Sequence record: DRR378314_1035
Direction: 5' to 3' (one strand)
DNA length: 62,640 bases
In this document: positions 1 to 8,310 of the stretch, in pieces
Layout of the letters: the number at the start of each line of letters is the position of its first letter
Numbering within the stretch: the stretch's first letter is position 1
Notes under the pieces: generated by a model
The model's input: only the letters and a program-made list of their open reading frames with translations
Databases searched by the model: none
Told to the model about the DNA's origin: nothing
Translations under genes and position numbers: made by a program

Positions 1-48
1 CCTGTAAAACGCTGAATTCTGCATCTTGAGATGGCTTGGATATATTAC

Positions 49-75
49 AAAAGGTTAGCAATTGCTAACCTTTTT
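49..75. terminator. Bidirectional intrinsic terminator downstream of ratB
   Basis: Perfect palindrome AAAAGGTTAGCAATTGCTAACCTTTT at 49-74, with A/T tails on both sides, next to the ratB stop. Confidence 0.8.
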
Positions 76-79
76 CCGT

Positions 80-406
80 TTACGGCTTGTCGAGTGCTCG
101 CCCACCAGTAACTTTATTCGCGCGGCCTTCTTCTTTTGCTTTTTCAGCTCGCTTACGCCTTGCATCCTTTGGATCTGCAATCAAGGGACGATAAATTTCA
201 ACTCTATCACCTTGCGCAAGCACTTGAGTTAATTTGCATGTTCGATTCCACACTCCCAAAGTTAAAGAAGTAGCATCTATTTCAGGACACTTTTGAAGTA
301 TACCTGATTTAATTACAGCTTCTTCTGCGCTCGTACCTTGTGGAACTTCTACAGTTAAAGAAGTTGCCGTTGTAGGCAATGCAAACACAACTTCAACACT
401 AATCAT
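80..406 (-). CDS. ratB: RnfH-family ubiquitin-like protein (RatB/PasI)
   Basis: VEVVFALP...GDRVEIYRPLIADPKDARRKRA signature; overlaps the ratA stop; standard ratA-ratB position beside smpB. Confidence 0.9.
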   Translation of the reverse strand: MISVEVVFALPTTATSLTVEVPQGTSAEEAVIKSGILQKCPEIDATSLTLGVWNRTCKLTQVLAQGDRVEIYRPLIADPKDARRKRAEKAKEEGRANKVTGGRALDKP

Positions 407-843
407 AATCGCGGACCATATACATCTTTCGCTCTTTGAGTAAATGCGTTAACCATATTCTTTGCAACATCATTAAAAATTTTCCCAAAAGCCAGTTCAA
501 TAAGTTTACTCGCAAACTCAAACTCAAGGCGTAACTCTACCTTACACGCACTTTCATCAAGTGTTCTAAAGTGCCATTGACCTTTTAACGCTTTAAAAGG
601 ACCATCCACCAAACGCAACATCACCGTATGCTCATCAACAAATGTATTCTCTGTTGTAAACCATTTTTTAATGCCTGCTTTAGAAATTTCTAAACTTGCC
701 GTCATCGTATTTGATTGCTGAGTTATTATTTTTGCATCAGAACAATGCGGTAAGAATTTAGGGTATGCATCTACATCATTCACTAAATTAAACATCTCTT
801 TACTGCTATACATAACTAGCGCACTTTTTTCTATTTGTGGCAT
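403..843 (-). CDS. ratA: RatA/PasT START-domain (Coq10-like) protein
   Basis: MPQIEKSALVMYS...LVNDVDAYPKFLPHC...LVDGPFKAL...AFTQRA; start moved to ATG 843 behind a GGAG RBS; divergent from smpB. Confidence 0.92.
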   Translation of the reverse strand: MPQIEKSALVMYSSKEMFNLVNDVDAYPKFLPHCSDAKIITQQSNTMTASLEISKAGIKKWFTTENTFVDEHTVMLRLVDGPFKALKGQWHFRTLDESACKVELRLEFEFASKLIELAFGKIFNDVAKNMVNAFTQRAKDVYGPRL

Positions 844-987
844 ACTCACTCCCAACTGTGTGGGCGAATTTTAGCAAGCTTTGCGTTTTTCCCCAAACAT
901 TACTGGCGCTTTATTTAAATCGACTTTTACATGTAAATTTAAAAAATCGATGTAAAAAGCAGAGCTTTACGTATAATATGGGCCACT

Positions 988-1467
988 ATGGCTAAGAAAA
1001 AATCATCTAAATCGACAAACAATACCATCGCGTTAAATAAAAAAGCGCGCCATGAGTATTTTTTACACGACAAGTTTGAAGCAGGTATTGAACTACAAGG
1101 CTGGGAAGTTAAAAGTATCCGAGCAGGTAAAGTAAATATTTCTGAAACTTATATTCATCTTAAAAATGGCGAAGCTTTTTTGCTGGGCAGTCAAATACAG
1201 CCCCTTAACAGTGCTTCTACCCATGTTATTTGTGACCCTCTACGTTATCGAAAACTGCTTTTGAGCAGGCGTGAGTTAGACCGTTTAGTAGGTGCAACCG
1301 AGCGCGATGGATATTCATTGATTGCCACAGCTATGTATTGGAAAAAATGCTGGGTAAAACTTGAATTTCAGTTAGGTAAAGGTAAAAAAATGCATGACAA
1401 ACGCGAGGACGGCAAAAATAAAGACTGGTCCCGTGAAAAAGAACGGCTAATGAAGCACAAAGTCTAA
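988..1467 (+). CDS. smpB: SsrA-binding protein
   Basis: NKKARHEY...[17 protein letters not shown]...[17 protein letters not shown] at 972-977. Confidence 0.98.
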   Translation: MAKKKSSKSTNNTIALNKKARHEYFLHDKFEAGIELQGWEVKSIRAGKVNISETYIHLKNGEAFLLGSQIQPLNSASTHVICDPLRYRKLLLSRRELDRLVGATERDGYSLIATAMYWKKCWVKLEFQLGKGKKMHDKREDGKNKDWSREKERLMKHKV

Positions 1468-1472
1468 CCAAT

Positions 1473-1499
1473 AAACGCCTAACTCTGTTAGGCGTTTTT
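1473..1499 (+). terminator. Intrinsic terminator after smpB
   Basis: AAACGCCTAAC-TCT-GTTAGGCGTTT followed by more T. Confidence 0.85.
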
Positions 1500-1640
1500 A
1501 TTTACTTATATCATTTTACCCATCAAGTAAAGTTCACATCGTATTAAACTTTAGTCTTATTTTATAACACCCTTGTTACATGATATTCCTATTACAGGCT
1601 CAAAGCCTAAAATATTTATTATGACAACAAGGACTTAAGG

Positions 1641-4235
1641 ATGAAGCAATCACTTCCATTTACACCCTCAATTTTAGCAAGTATGACACTTGCAATCGCC
1701 GCAAGTGGCTATACAGCTAACACTTCAGCCGCTGAAGAAGTAAAAAAAGTAGAACGTATAGAAGTAACGGGTTCTCGAATAAAGCGCACCGACATTGAAG
1801 GCCCTTCCCCTGTGCAATCAATTAGTCGCGCTGATATAGATAATATGGGTTACGATAACCTGCAACAACTACTTGAAAGAATGCCTGTTGCAGGCAACGG
1901 CACTTTCTCAACCCGCGGGAACAATCAAGACTCTACTGCAAATGGCGCAGCAGCAGTTAGCCTAAGAGGATTGGGGGCGGATGCAACACTTGTTTTGATC
2001 AATGGTCGACGAGTCGCGATCAGTGCATTCGCTGAGAGTATTACAAACTCATTCGTTGATATAAATAGCATTCCTGTTTCTGCTATTGAACGAATCGACA
2101 TATTAAAAGATGGCGCCTCTGCTATTTATGGCTCTGATGCAGTGGCAGGTGTTGTAAATGTTATTCTCAAAAAAGACATTGATGGCCTGGAAGTTAATTT
2201 AGGCTACGGTGGTACAGATGGCCCTAATTATGAAGAAACCTCTGCCAGCTTAGTGTGGGGTACCTCTAATGACAAAAGTAGCGCCTCAGTCATTGTTGAC
2301 TATTTTAAAAATACATCATTGTCATCAAATGAGATGGGCCGTTTAGGTACTGCAAATCAAAGTGCCTATGGCGGTCAAGACTTCCGCTCATCACGCGGGT
2401 TTCCTGGGTACTTTTATGTCGATGATGTAAAAACCATTGACCCCGACTGCCCTGCTGAAAATGCAACTTCAAGTGGCAGTTGCTTATTCGACTATGGTCC
2501 ATTTGGTTACATCGCGCCTGCCTCTGAGCGTGTTGGTGCTATTTCACAATTTGAGTACAACTTTGACAGCGGCATTACCGCATTTATGGAAATGGCTGTT
2601 CAACATAATAGCTCAATTGCAGCTGGCGCCCCAACTCCCTTAGATGAAGATGCAGGGCTAACTGTTCCTGGTAGTCACCCTAACAATCCATTTGGACAAG
2701 ATATTAAAATAGGACGTTACAGAACAGTAGATGCTGGACCTCGCCAATGGGATATTGAGTCTGATACTCTTCGCTTTGTAGCAGGTCTTAAAGGCGACAT
2801 AAATGACTGGGGCTGGGAAGCTGCCGTACAAAAAGGTCGCAGTAAATCACTTCAAACAGGCAATCGTTCACAAGGTTGGGTGAGAACAGATTTCCTACAG
2901 CAAGAAATTGATGCTGGTAATTATAATCCATTTGGTGGCACCTATAATGACCCTGCTGTAGTTGATCGTATTACTACAAGCTTAGTCCGTCGTGGTGAGT
3001 CACACATGACCTCATTCGATGCAAATATTACCGGTGAAGCATTTGAATTTGGCGACAGCGTTGTAATGATGGCTGCTGGTATTGAATACCGAGAGGAGGA
3101 TGTTAGCGATATTCCAGATGACCAATTTCAACGTGGTTTAATTTTTGGTACTGAATCGGTCTCAGCAGCGGCTGATCGTGAACAATATGCAGCCTATGTT
3201 GAATTTTCTATCCCCCTTGCTGATAGCCTAGAGCTTCAACTTGCTGGTCGTTTTGATGATTACAGTGACTTTGGCACCACCACGAATCCTAAAGTGGCGT
3301 TACGCTGGGCACCTACTGACGAAATCACAGTACGTGGTTCATGGGCACAAGGGTTTAGAGCTCCATCACTAGCCCAAATTGGCTTGGGGCCATCAGAAGA
3401 AAGTCAGTTCTTTGTTGATTCGTACCGATGCGCGGACTCTGGAGAAGATTGTGGCGTACTGGATTATAATATTCAATTTGCTGGTAACCCTGATTTACAA
3501 GCTGAAGAGTCTGAGTCATGGAATGTCGGTTTTATTTGGGCACCGACAGCCGAAATTGGATTAAGTATTGATGTATGGAGCATAACGCAAGACAACAAAA
3601 TTGATGAGCAAGCATTTGGTCCTATCTACGATGCCGAATGTGATAATCAAAACAGTTCTGTTTGTGTCCGCTTATCACCACAAGCTGGACAACGACTAGG
3701 CGTTATTCAAAAGATTCACAGTACGTTTGAGAATGTATCATCACAAGAAGTATCTGGTATCGACTTCTCTGCAAACTATAACCACTCATTGGATGATTTA
3801 GGATTGCTTAAATTCAATTTAGAGTGGGCTTATCAAGATAAATTCGAAAAAGACGGTCGAGATTACACTGGCGAATACGGTTACCCGGAGCATCGTTGGA
3901 TTTTCTCTACTAATTGGGAAATGGGTGAATTTAATACCAATGTAAACATCAGTTATGTTGGCGAGTTTGAGGATACGCCTGATATTGATTTTGATGGTAC
4001 ATTAGATTTTGATAGCAACACATCAAGAATGGTTGACTCTCAAGTCTTAGTCGATTTACAAACAGCTTATCGTATTACAGAATCAACAAAAGTCTCTATT
4101 GGTATCAATAATTTATTTGATGAAGAGCCTCCTTTTGCAATTGGTGATGGCGACAGTGATTTATATGGCTACGCATCTGGGGTTCATAACCCTCGTGGAC
4201 GTTATATTTACACTAAAGTGTCATTCGCTTTCTAA
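1641..4235 (+). CDS. TonB-dependent outer-membrane receptor, substrate unknown
   Basis: Signal peptide, TonB box ERIEVTGSRI, plug motifs SLRGLGADATLVLINGRR and IERIDILKDGASAIYGSDAVAGVVN, INNLFDEEPP, C-terminal Phe. Confidence 0.95.
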   Translation: MKQSLPFTPSILASMTLAIAASGYTANTSAAEEVKKVERIEVTGSRIKRTDIEGPSPVQSISRADIDNMGYDNLQQLLERMPVAGNGTFSTRGNNQDSTANGAAAVSLRGLGADATLVLINGRRVAISAFAESITNSFVDINSIPVSAIERIDILKDGASAIYGSDAVAGVVNVILKKDIDGLEVNLGYGGTDGPNYEETSASLVWGTSNDKSSASVIVDYFKNTSLSSNEMGRLGTANQSAYGGQDFRSSRGFPGYFYVDDVKTIDPDCPAENATSSGSCLFDYGPFGYIAPASERVGAISQFEYNFDSGITAFMEMAVQHNSSIAAGAPTPLDEDAGLTVPGSHPNNPFGQDIKIGRYRTVDAGPRQWDIESDTLRFVAGLKGDINDWGWEAAVQKGRSKSLQTGNRSQGWVRTDFLQQEIDAGNYNPFGGTYNDPAVVDRITTSLVRRGESHMTSFDANITGEAFEFGDSVVMMAAGIEYREEDVSDIPDDQFQRGLIFGTESVSAAADREQYAAYVEFSIPLADSLELQLAGRFDDYSDFGTTTNPKVALRWAPTDEITVRGSWAQGFRAPSLAQIGLGPSEESQFFVDSYRCADSGEDCGVLDYNIQFAGNPDLQAEESESWNVGFIWAPTAEIGLSIDVWSITQDNKIDEQAFGPIYDAECDNQNSSVCVRLSPQAGQRLGVIQKIHSTFENVSSQEVSGIDFSANYNHSLDDLGLLKFNLEWAYQDKFEKDGRDYTGEYGYPEHRWIFSTNWEMGEFNTNVNISYVGEFEDTPDIDFDGTLDFDSNTSRMVDSQVLVDLQTAYRITESTKVSIGINNLFDEEPPFAIGDGDSDLYGYASGVHNPRGRYIYTKVSFAF

Positions 4236-4247
4236 CATTAACACAAC

Positions 4248-4275
4248 AAAAAACCCGCTAGTAAGCGGGTTTTTT
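4248..4275. terminator. Bidirectional terminator between the TonB receptor and peroxiredoxin
   Basis: AAAAAACCCGCT-AGTA-AGCGGGTTTTTT between convergent genes. Confidence 0.88.
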
Positions 4276-4298
4276 AATTCTTATAACAAGGGCCTAAA

Positions 4299-4904
4299 TT
4301 ATAGGTCGCCTTCGTTTTCAGAAAGGAACTTTGCAACGCCTGCAGGGCTTGCATCCATCCCTTTTTTACCTTCAGTCCAACCAGCAGGGCATACTTCACC
4401 GTGCTCGCTGTGGAATGCTAATGCATCAACCATACGTAACATTTCATCGATGTTACGGCCAAGTGGTAAATCGTTAACTACTTGGTGACGTACGTTACCT
4501 TCTTCGTCGATTAAGAATGAACCACGAAATGCAACGCCAGCTTCTGGATGCTCAACGTCATATGCTTTACAGATTTCGTGCTTAACGTCTGCAACTAGTG
4601 CATATTTAACTTCACCGATACCGCCATCTGCAACAGCAGTTTTACGCCATGCGTTGTGCGAGAATTGTGAATCAATTGAAACACCAATTACTTCTACGCC
4701 ACGCTTTTGGAACTCTTCGTAACGCTTGTCAAAAGCAATTAGTTCAGAAGGACATACGAAAGTGAAATCTAGTGGGTAAAAGAAGATAACTGCTTTTTTA
4801 CCTTTGATTGTTTCGTGAAGATTGTAGCTATCTACGATCTCGCCGTTACCTAGTACTGCTGCAGCGGTAAAGTCTGGTGCCTGGCGGCCTACTAATACAC
4901 CCAT
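4299..4904 (-). CDS. ahpC: Typical 2-Cys peroxiredoxin (AhpC/TsaA family)
   Basis: FFYPLDFTFVCPSE and GEVCPAGW; start moved to ATG 4904 behind a GGAG RBS. Confidence 0.93.
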   Translation of the reverse strand: MGVLVGRQAPDFTAAAVLGNGEIVDSYNLHETIKGKKAVIFFYPLDFTFVCPSELIAFDKRYEEFQKRGVEVIGVSIDSQFSHNAWRKTAVADGGIGEVKYALVADVKHEICKAYDVEHPEAGVAFRGSFLIDEEGNVRHQVVNDLPLGRNIDEMLRMVDALAFHSEHGEVCPAGWTEGKKGMDASPAGVAKFLSENEGDL

Positions 4905-5041
4905 TTTATTCTCCAAATATTTGAGTTTATTTCTAATTGCTTACGCAACGCTTGCTTTAATATGGGATCTAAAAAATAAATACCAAGGGCTAGCATGCAT
5001 AATTGTCAAAATAGTTTAGAGATAATCAGTTTAAATAGACA

Positions 5042-5078
5042 ATCGGATTTTTCGATTTATTCAATCGGATTTATAGAA
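5042..5078. promoter_or_regulatory. OxyR-like (LysR-type) operator upstream of peroxiredoxin
   Basis: ATCG-N7-CGAT-N7-ATCG-N7-AGAA has the spacing of the OxyR ATAG-N7-CTAT-N7-ATAG-N7-CTAT motif. Confidence 0.5.
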
Positions 5079-5104
5079 GACAGTATTTATGTATTCATTG
5101 ACAT

Positions 5105-5129
5105 AAAAAAACCTGCAAAGCAGGTTTTT
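5105..5129 (-). terminator. Intrinsic terminator after fadR
   Basis: AAAAAAACCTGC-AAA-GCAGGTTTTT hairpin, giving a 7-U tail on the minus strand. Confidence 0.82.
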
Positions 5130-5145
5130 AATACGTAGAAAATCT

Positions 5146-5859
5146 CTAATCCATTATATCTTCAGGCATATCGCCACGGATCTTTTGCCAAATTTCACCC
5201 GTTTGATGACCATATTTACGCATCATAAAGATAGCGCCATCATGCTCACCTTCTTGTGCTAACTTAGTAAGATCTTTATAGAATTGGCGAGCTAGTTGGC
5301 GGGTACCAGGATCTGAAAAATAATGACAACCTATTTTAGAGTAAAAACCTCTAAACCCATTAAGAATAAGTACATATATACGATTATTACCCGCAACAGC
5401 TAATTCGTGATGGACTTTATAATCGTAATCAGCAAACGCTTGTGCGCTGTCTTCAAGTTCATCGCTTTGTGAAAGAATCTCTATAACACGCTCTGGGGCT
5501 AACTTAATCGCAGCACGCGTATAAATTGCGCTAATATTGGTGCGCGCCGAAAGCAGTTGATCAGTAAGCTCTGGCATCTTGTCTTCATCAAGACGTGCGA
5601 GTGTTTCAAGAATATTTAACCCAGAGGTTTCCCAAAAGTTATTTACACGAGTAGGTTTGCCGTGCTGTATTGTCAGCCAACCGTCACGGGCCAGACGTTG
5701 AAGAACTTCACGTAAGGTCGTGCGCGTTACACCGATTAATTCTGATAATTCGCGTTCAGCAGGAAGAATAGAACCAGGCGGAAAATCGCCATTCCAAATT
5801 GATTCAACAATGTACTCTTCTGCAAAGCCAGCTGGGCTTTTTGCTTTAAAAATTCTCAT
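5146..5859 (-). CDS. fadR: Fatty acid metabolism regulator FadR (GntR family)
   Basis: [16 protein letters not shown]...[39 protein letters not shown]...[14 protein letters not shown]. Confidence 0.97.
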   Translation of the reverse strand: MRIFKAKSPAGFAEEYIVESIWNGDFPPGSILPAERELSELIGVTRTTLREVLQRLARDGWLTIQHGKPTRVNNFWETSGLNILETLARLDEDKMPELTDQLLSARTNISAIYTRAAIKLAPERVIEILSQSDELEDSAQAFADYDYKVHHELAVAGNNRIYVLILNGFRGFYSKIGCHYFSDPGTRQLARQFYKDLTKLAQEGEHDGAIFMMRKYGHQTGEIWQKIRGDMPEDIMD

Positions 5860-6051
5860 TCAATTCCCACTCGAGTTATCACATTACTTCACTTTCAAGA
5901 TTAACTGACTGATTGTACCAGATGATTAAAAACTAACAAGCAAAGTAATTCCCCTGCGCTATTTTTTTAAATTTCGAATGCAATAATGCTAAGAGGAATG
6001 TAGACTCAACGCCCCCTAATTGGGAAAAATAAAATAATAAACGGAGTTTAT

Positions 6052-6327
6052 ATGTTTAAACATACATCGATCGCACTTGCAATTTTCCGCTAGTTTCTCA
6101 GTCACAGCCTGCCTTGAAGTAGAAGACAATAATGAACATTATGTTAGTTCTACATTTAATGAGCAAACAGGCACCTATTCAGTTGCGCGTGCGGTAGGCT
6201 TAAACAGACTACTTTAGTAGACTTAGATATTGATAACGATGCTATCGATGACTATGTACTGACTTGTCAGCCTAATCAAAATAATGCAATTTTTACCCTA
6301 AATTTAGATCATAAAAGCAGTGTTTAA
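6052..6327 (+). pseudogene. Frameshifted remnant of a secreted lipoprotein gene
   Basis: GGAG RBS at 6043 and ATG at 6052; removing one T from the run at 6083-6086 restores MFKHTSIALAISASFSVTAC-LEVEDNN (signal peptide plus lipobox); a later frame change gives LVDLDIDNDAIDDY. Not in the ORF track. Confidence 0.65.
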
Positions 6328-6496
6328 ATGTCTACAACCGCTCAGATGGAGATAGATTTATTATCCAGAGTTCTGGTTATTTAGCACATCCCTTTTTCCA
6401 AAATTCGGTTATTTAATTACTCCCTTCAGGTTTACACTTGCACCTTGATTGAATACTGGGTCATAATCTGAGACAAAGATTTAAATTGGAAACACA

Positions 6497-7009
6497 ATGA
6501 ATTGGTTAGCAAACTTAGCTCAAAAACGCACTCCTTGGGTTTTATTGGCATTAATAGCATTCACATTTGAAGTGACCGCTTTATTTTTTCAATATCAGAT
6601 GGGCTTAGAGCCATGCATTATGTGTATATATCAACGAACAGCTATGCTCGGGTTATTAATCGCTGGGGTCATTGGGGCTATTAATCCTAATAATATGATT
6701 ATACGTGTTACTGCTCTTTCAACTTGGGCTGTTGCAAGTATATGGGGATTTTTATTAGCCCGTGAACATATTGATATGCAAACAACCACTGACCCGTTTG
6801 CGTTTAGCTGTGAGTTTGAACCTAATTTCCCGCTTCCATTGCATGAGTGGATACCACACTTTTTTGCAGCAACTGGTGACTGTGGCAATATTGATTGGCA
6901 ATTTTTAGGGCTAAGTATGCCGGCATGGATGGAAGTGATCTTCGCTACATTTACTGTGGTGTTTTTCGCTGTTATATTTAGCCGATTGTTGATCAAAAAG
7001 AGTTTATGA
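6497..7009 (+). CDS. dsbB: Disulfide bond formation protein B
   Basis: Four TM helices, LEPCIMCIYQR, second Cys pair FSC...GDC, WQFLGLSMPAW. Confidence 0.96.
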   Translation: MNWLANLAQKRTPWVLLALIAFTFEVTALFFQYQMGLEPCIMCIYQRTAMLGLLIAGVIGAINPNNMIIRVTALSTWAVASIWGFLLAREHIDMQTTTDPFAFSCEFEPNFPLPLHEWIPHFFAATGDCGNIDWQFLGLSMPAWMEVIFATFTVVFFAVIFSRLLIKKSL

Positions 7010-7320
7010 TGATTGCATTTTTTTCTAGTCAAATTAAGCAGCTTAATCACCTTAAAGTACGTGAGCGGCAAGAGGTAATAGCAATCGCGTTATCAATGCT
7101 CTCACCGATACAAAAAATCAATTTACGCATTGTAAAACTGCTACTTTTAACACCTGTTTTTGCATCTCTTGTGTATATTGAAGGCTGGCTAATGCTCGTA
7201 GGATTACTTTTAGCAGGGCTTAGCTATCCCTTACTAACGACTCCTGTTGAGATTGCATTTGCAAAAACTTACTTATCTGAAGCTCTAAAACAACATAACA
7301 GTTTAAAAGGCGAGAATTAA
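7006..7320 (+). CDS. Small inner-membrane protein of unknown function, coupled to dsbB
   Basis: ATGA overlap with the dsbB stop; two hydrophobic segments. Confidence 0.75.
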   Translation: MMIAFFSSQIKQLNHLKVRERQEVIAIALSMLSPIQKINLRIVKLLLLTPVFASLVYIEGWLMLVGLLLAGLSYPLLTTPVEIAFAKTYLSEALKQHNSLKGEN

Positions 7321-7328
7321 CTCGCCTT
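7307..7328. terminator. Hairpin terminator between the dsbB operon and comEA
   Basis: AAGGCGAG-AATTAA-CTCGCCTT; U-tail on the minus strand; a second imperfect hairpin follows at about 7331-7369. Confidence 0.6.
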
Positions 7329-7368
7329 CAGCAAGAGTTTCATTCAAAGTGATTTATGAAACTCGTTG

Positions 7369-7665
7369 CTATAACACAATCTTTCCTTCTAATTTTGCCA
7401 ATAATTTATTTCCAATCCCTTTAACCTGAGTCAATTCGGTTACTGATTTGAACGCTCCTTGATTCTCTCTATAATCAACTATTGCCTGCGCCTTAGATTT
7501 ACCAATACCGGGTAAGGTAATCAATTGATCAATATTTGCTTTATTTATATTGATCATTGCAGCTTTGCTTAATTCACTTGCTGTTGCTGATTTAGTATCA
7601 ACTGCGTAAATAGGGTTGGCTATCGCTAAGCCAAGTAAAATAACTATTAAACTTAAAAACTTCAT
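7369..7665 (-). CDS. comEA: ComEA-family periplasmic helix-hairpin-helix DNA-binding protein
   Basis: Signal peptide, then ININKA...LPGIGKSKAQAIVDYR...F.SV.EL..VKGIG; ATG 7665 behind GGAGG; alternative in-frame TTG at 7713. Confidence 0.9.
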   Translation of the reverse strand: MKFLSLIVILLGLAIANPIYAVDTKSATASELSKAAMININKANIDQLITLPGIGKSKAQAIVDYRENQGAFKSVTELTQVKGIGNKLLAKLEGKIVL

Positions 7666-7835
7666 GTTTTTCCTCCATGCTGTCCATACTTGGACTAAAT
7701 TAATAGTAAACAATATTGACCTCCCTTTTAACTAACCTCAGCTCTTTAAGTAAGATAAAGGTAGGACCTATTAAATAAAGTAAACTGTCATGAATTTGTC
7801 AAATGTACCGATAATAAAAAAATTAAAATGTTAAC

Positions 7836-7878
7836 TTGCAAAAATGCACACAAACAATTACTGTACATAAAAACAGTA
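7836..7878 (+). promoter_or_regulatory. Sigma70 promoter with an overlapping LexA (SOS) box for yebG
   Basis: TTGCAA (7836)-17 bp-TACTGT (7859); TA-CTGT-ACATAAAA-ACAG-TA at 7859-7878 matches CTGT-N8-ACAG. Confidence 0.88.
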
Positions 7879-7927
7879 ACCTAATTCAGTGTGTAATATT
7901 ACACAAAATACGTTAGCAGGAGAGATC

Positions 7928-8248
7928 ATGGCTGTTGTTGTTAAATATGTTGTAGAAAGAAGCGGAGTTGAGCGTATGACGTTTACTACTAAAAAAGAAG
8001 CTGATGCGTATGACAAAATGCTCGACATAGCAGAGTCATTAGAGGTTATGCTAGAAAAGGTAGACGTTCCTTTAAGCGAACAGCAAATTGAATCTCTTGC
8101 TTTAGAAATGGCTAAAAGCAAAGATGGCTTCATTAATGTGCTTAAAGGCGCAAAAGATGTAGTAAGTAAGCCTGCTCAAGCTAAAACAAAGAAAGACACT
8201 GACAAAGTTACTGACTTAAAGAGTCCATCTGAAAAAGCAGCCAGTTAA
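7928..8248 (+). CDS. yebG: YebG-family DNA damage-inducible protein
   Basis: MAVVVKYVVERSGVERMTFTTKKEADAYDKMLDIAE; AGGAG RBS before ATG 7928; upstream SOS box. Confidence 0.92.
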   Translation: MAVVVKYVVERSGVERMTFTTKKEADAYDKMLDIAESLEVMLEKVDVPLSEQQIESLALEMAKSKDGFINVLKGAKDVVSKPAQAKTKKDTDKVTDLKSPSEKAAS

Positions 8249-8258
8249 AACAAATATA

Positions 8259-8294
8259 CAATAAAAAAGGAGCTTTTAAGCTCCTTTTTTATTG
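8259..8294. terminator. Bidirectional terminator yebG/putP
   Basis: CAATAAAAAAGGAGCTT-TT-AAGCTCCTTTTTTATTG. Confidence 0.9.
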
Positions 8295-8310
8295 ATTGAA
8301 TTTCATCTCG

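Noticed and set aside
80-843. ratA/ratB as a toxin-antitoxin or defence module
   Set aside because: Conserved housekeeping pair beside smpB; RatA is a Coq10-like START protein; not novel
917-960. Short palindromes and repeats (TTTACATGTAAA, AAATCGA twice) between ratA and smpB
   Set aside because: AT-rich divergent promoter region; cannot be assigned to a regulator
6631-7071. 146-aa minus-strand ORF opposite dsbB
   Set aside because: Overlaps dsbB antisense; no family features
7787-7800. GTCA-TGAATT-TGTC, a FleQ-like box between comEA and yebG
   Set aside because: Single degenerate match with no associated sigma54 site or partner box
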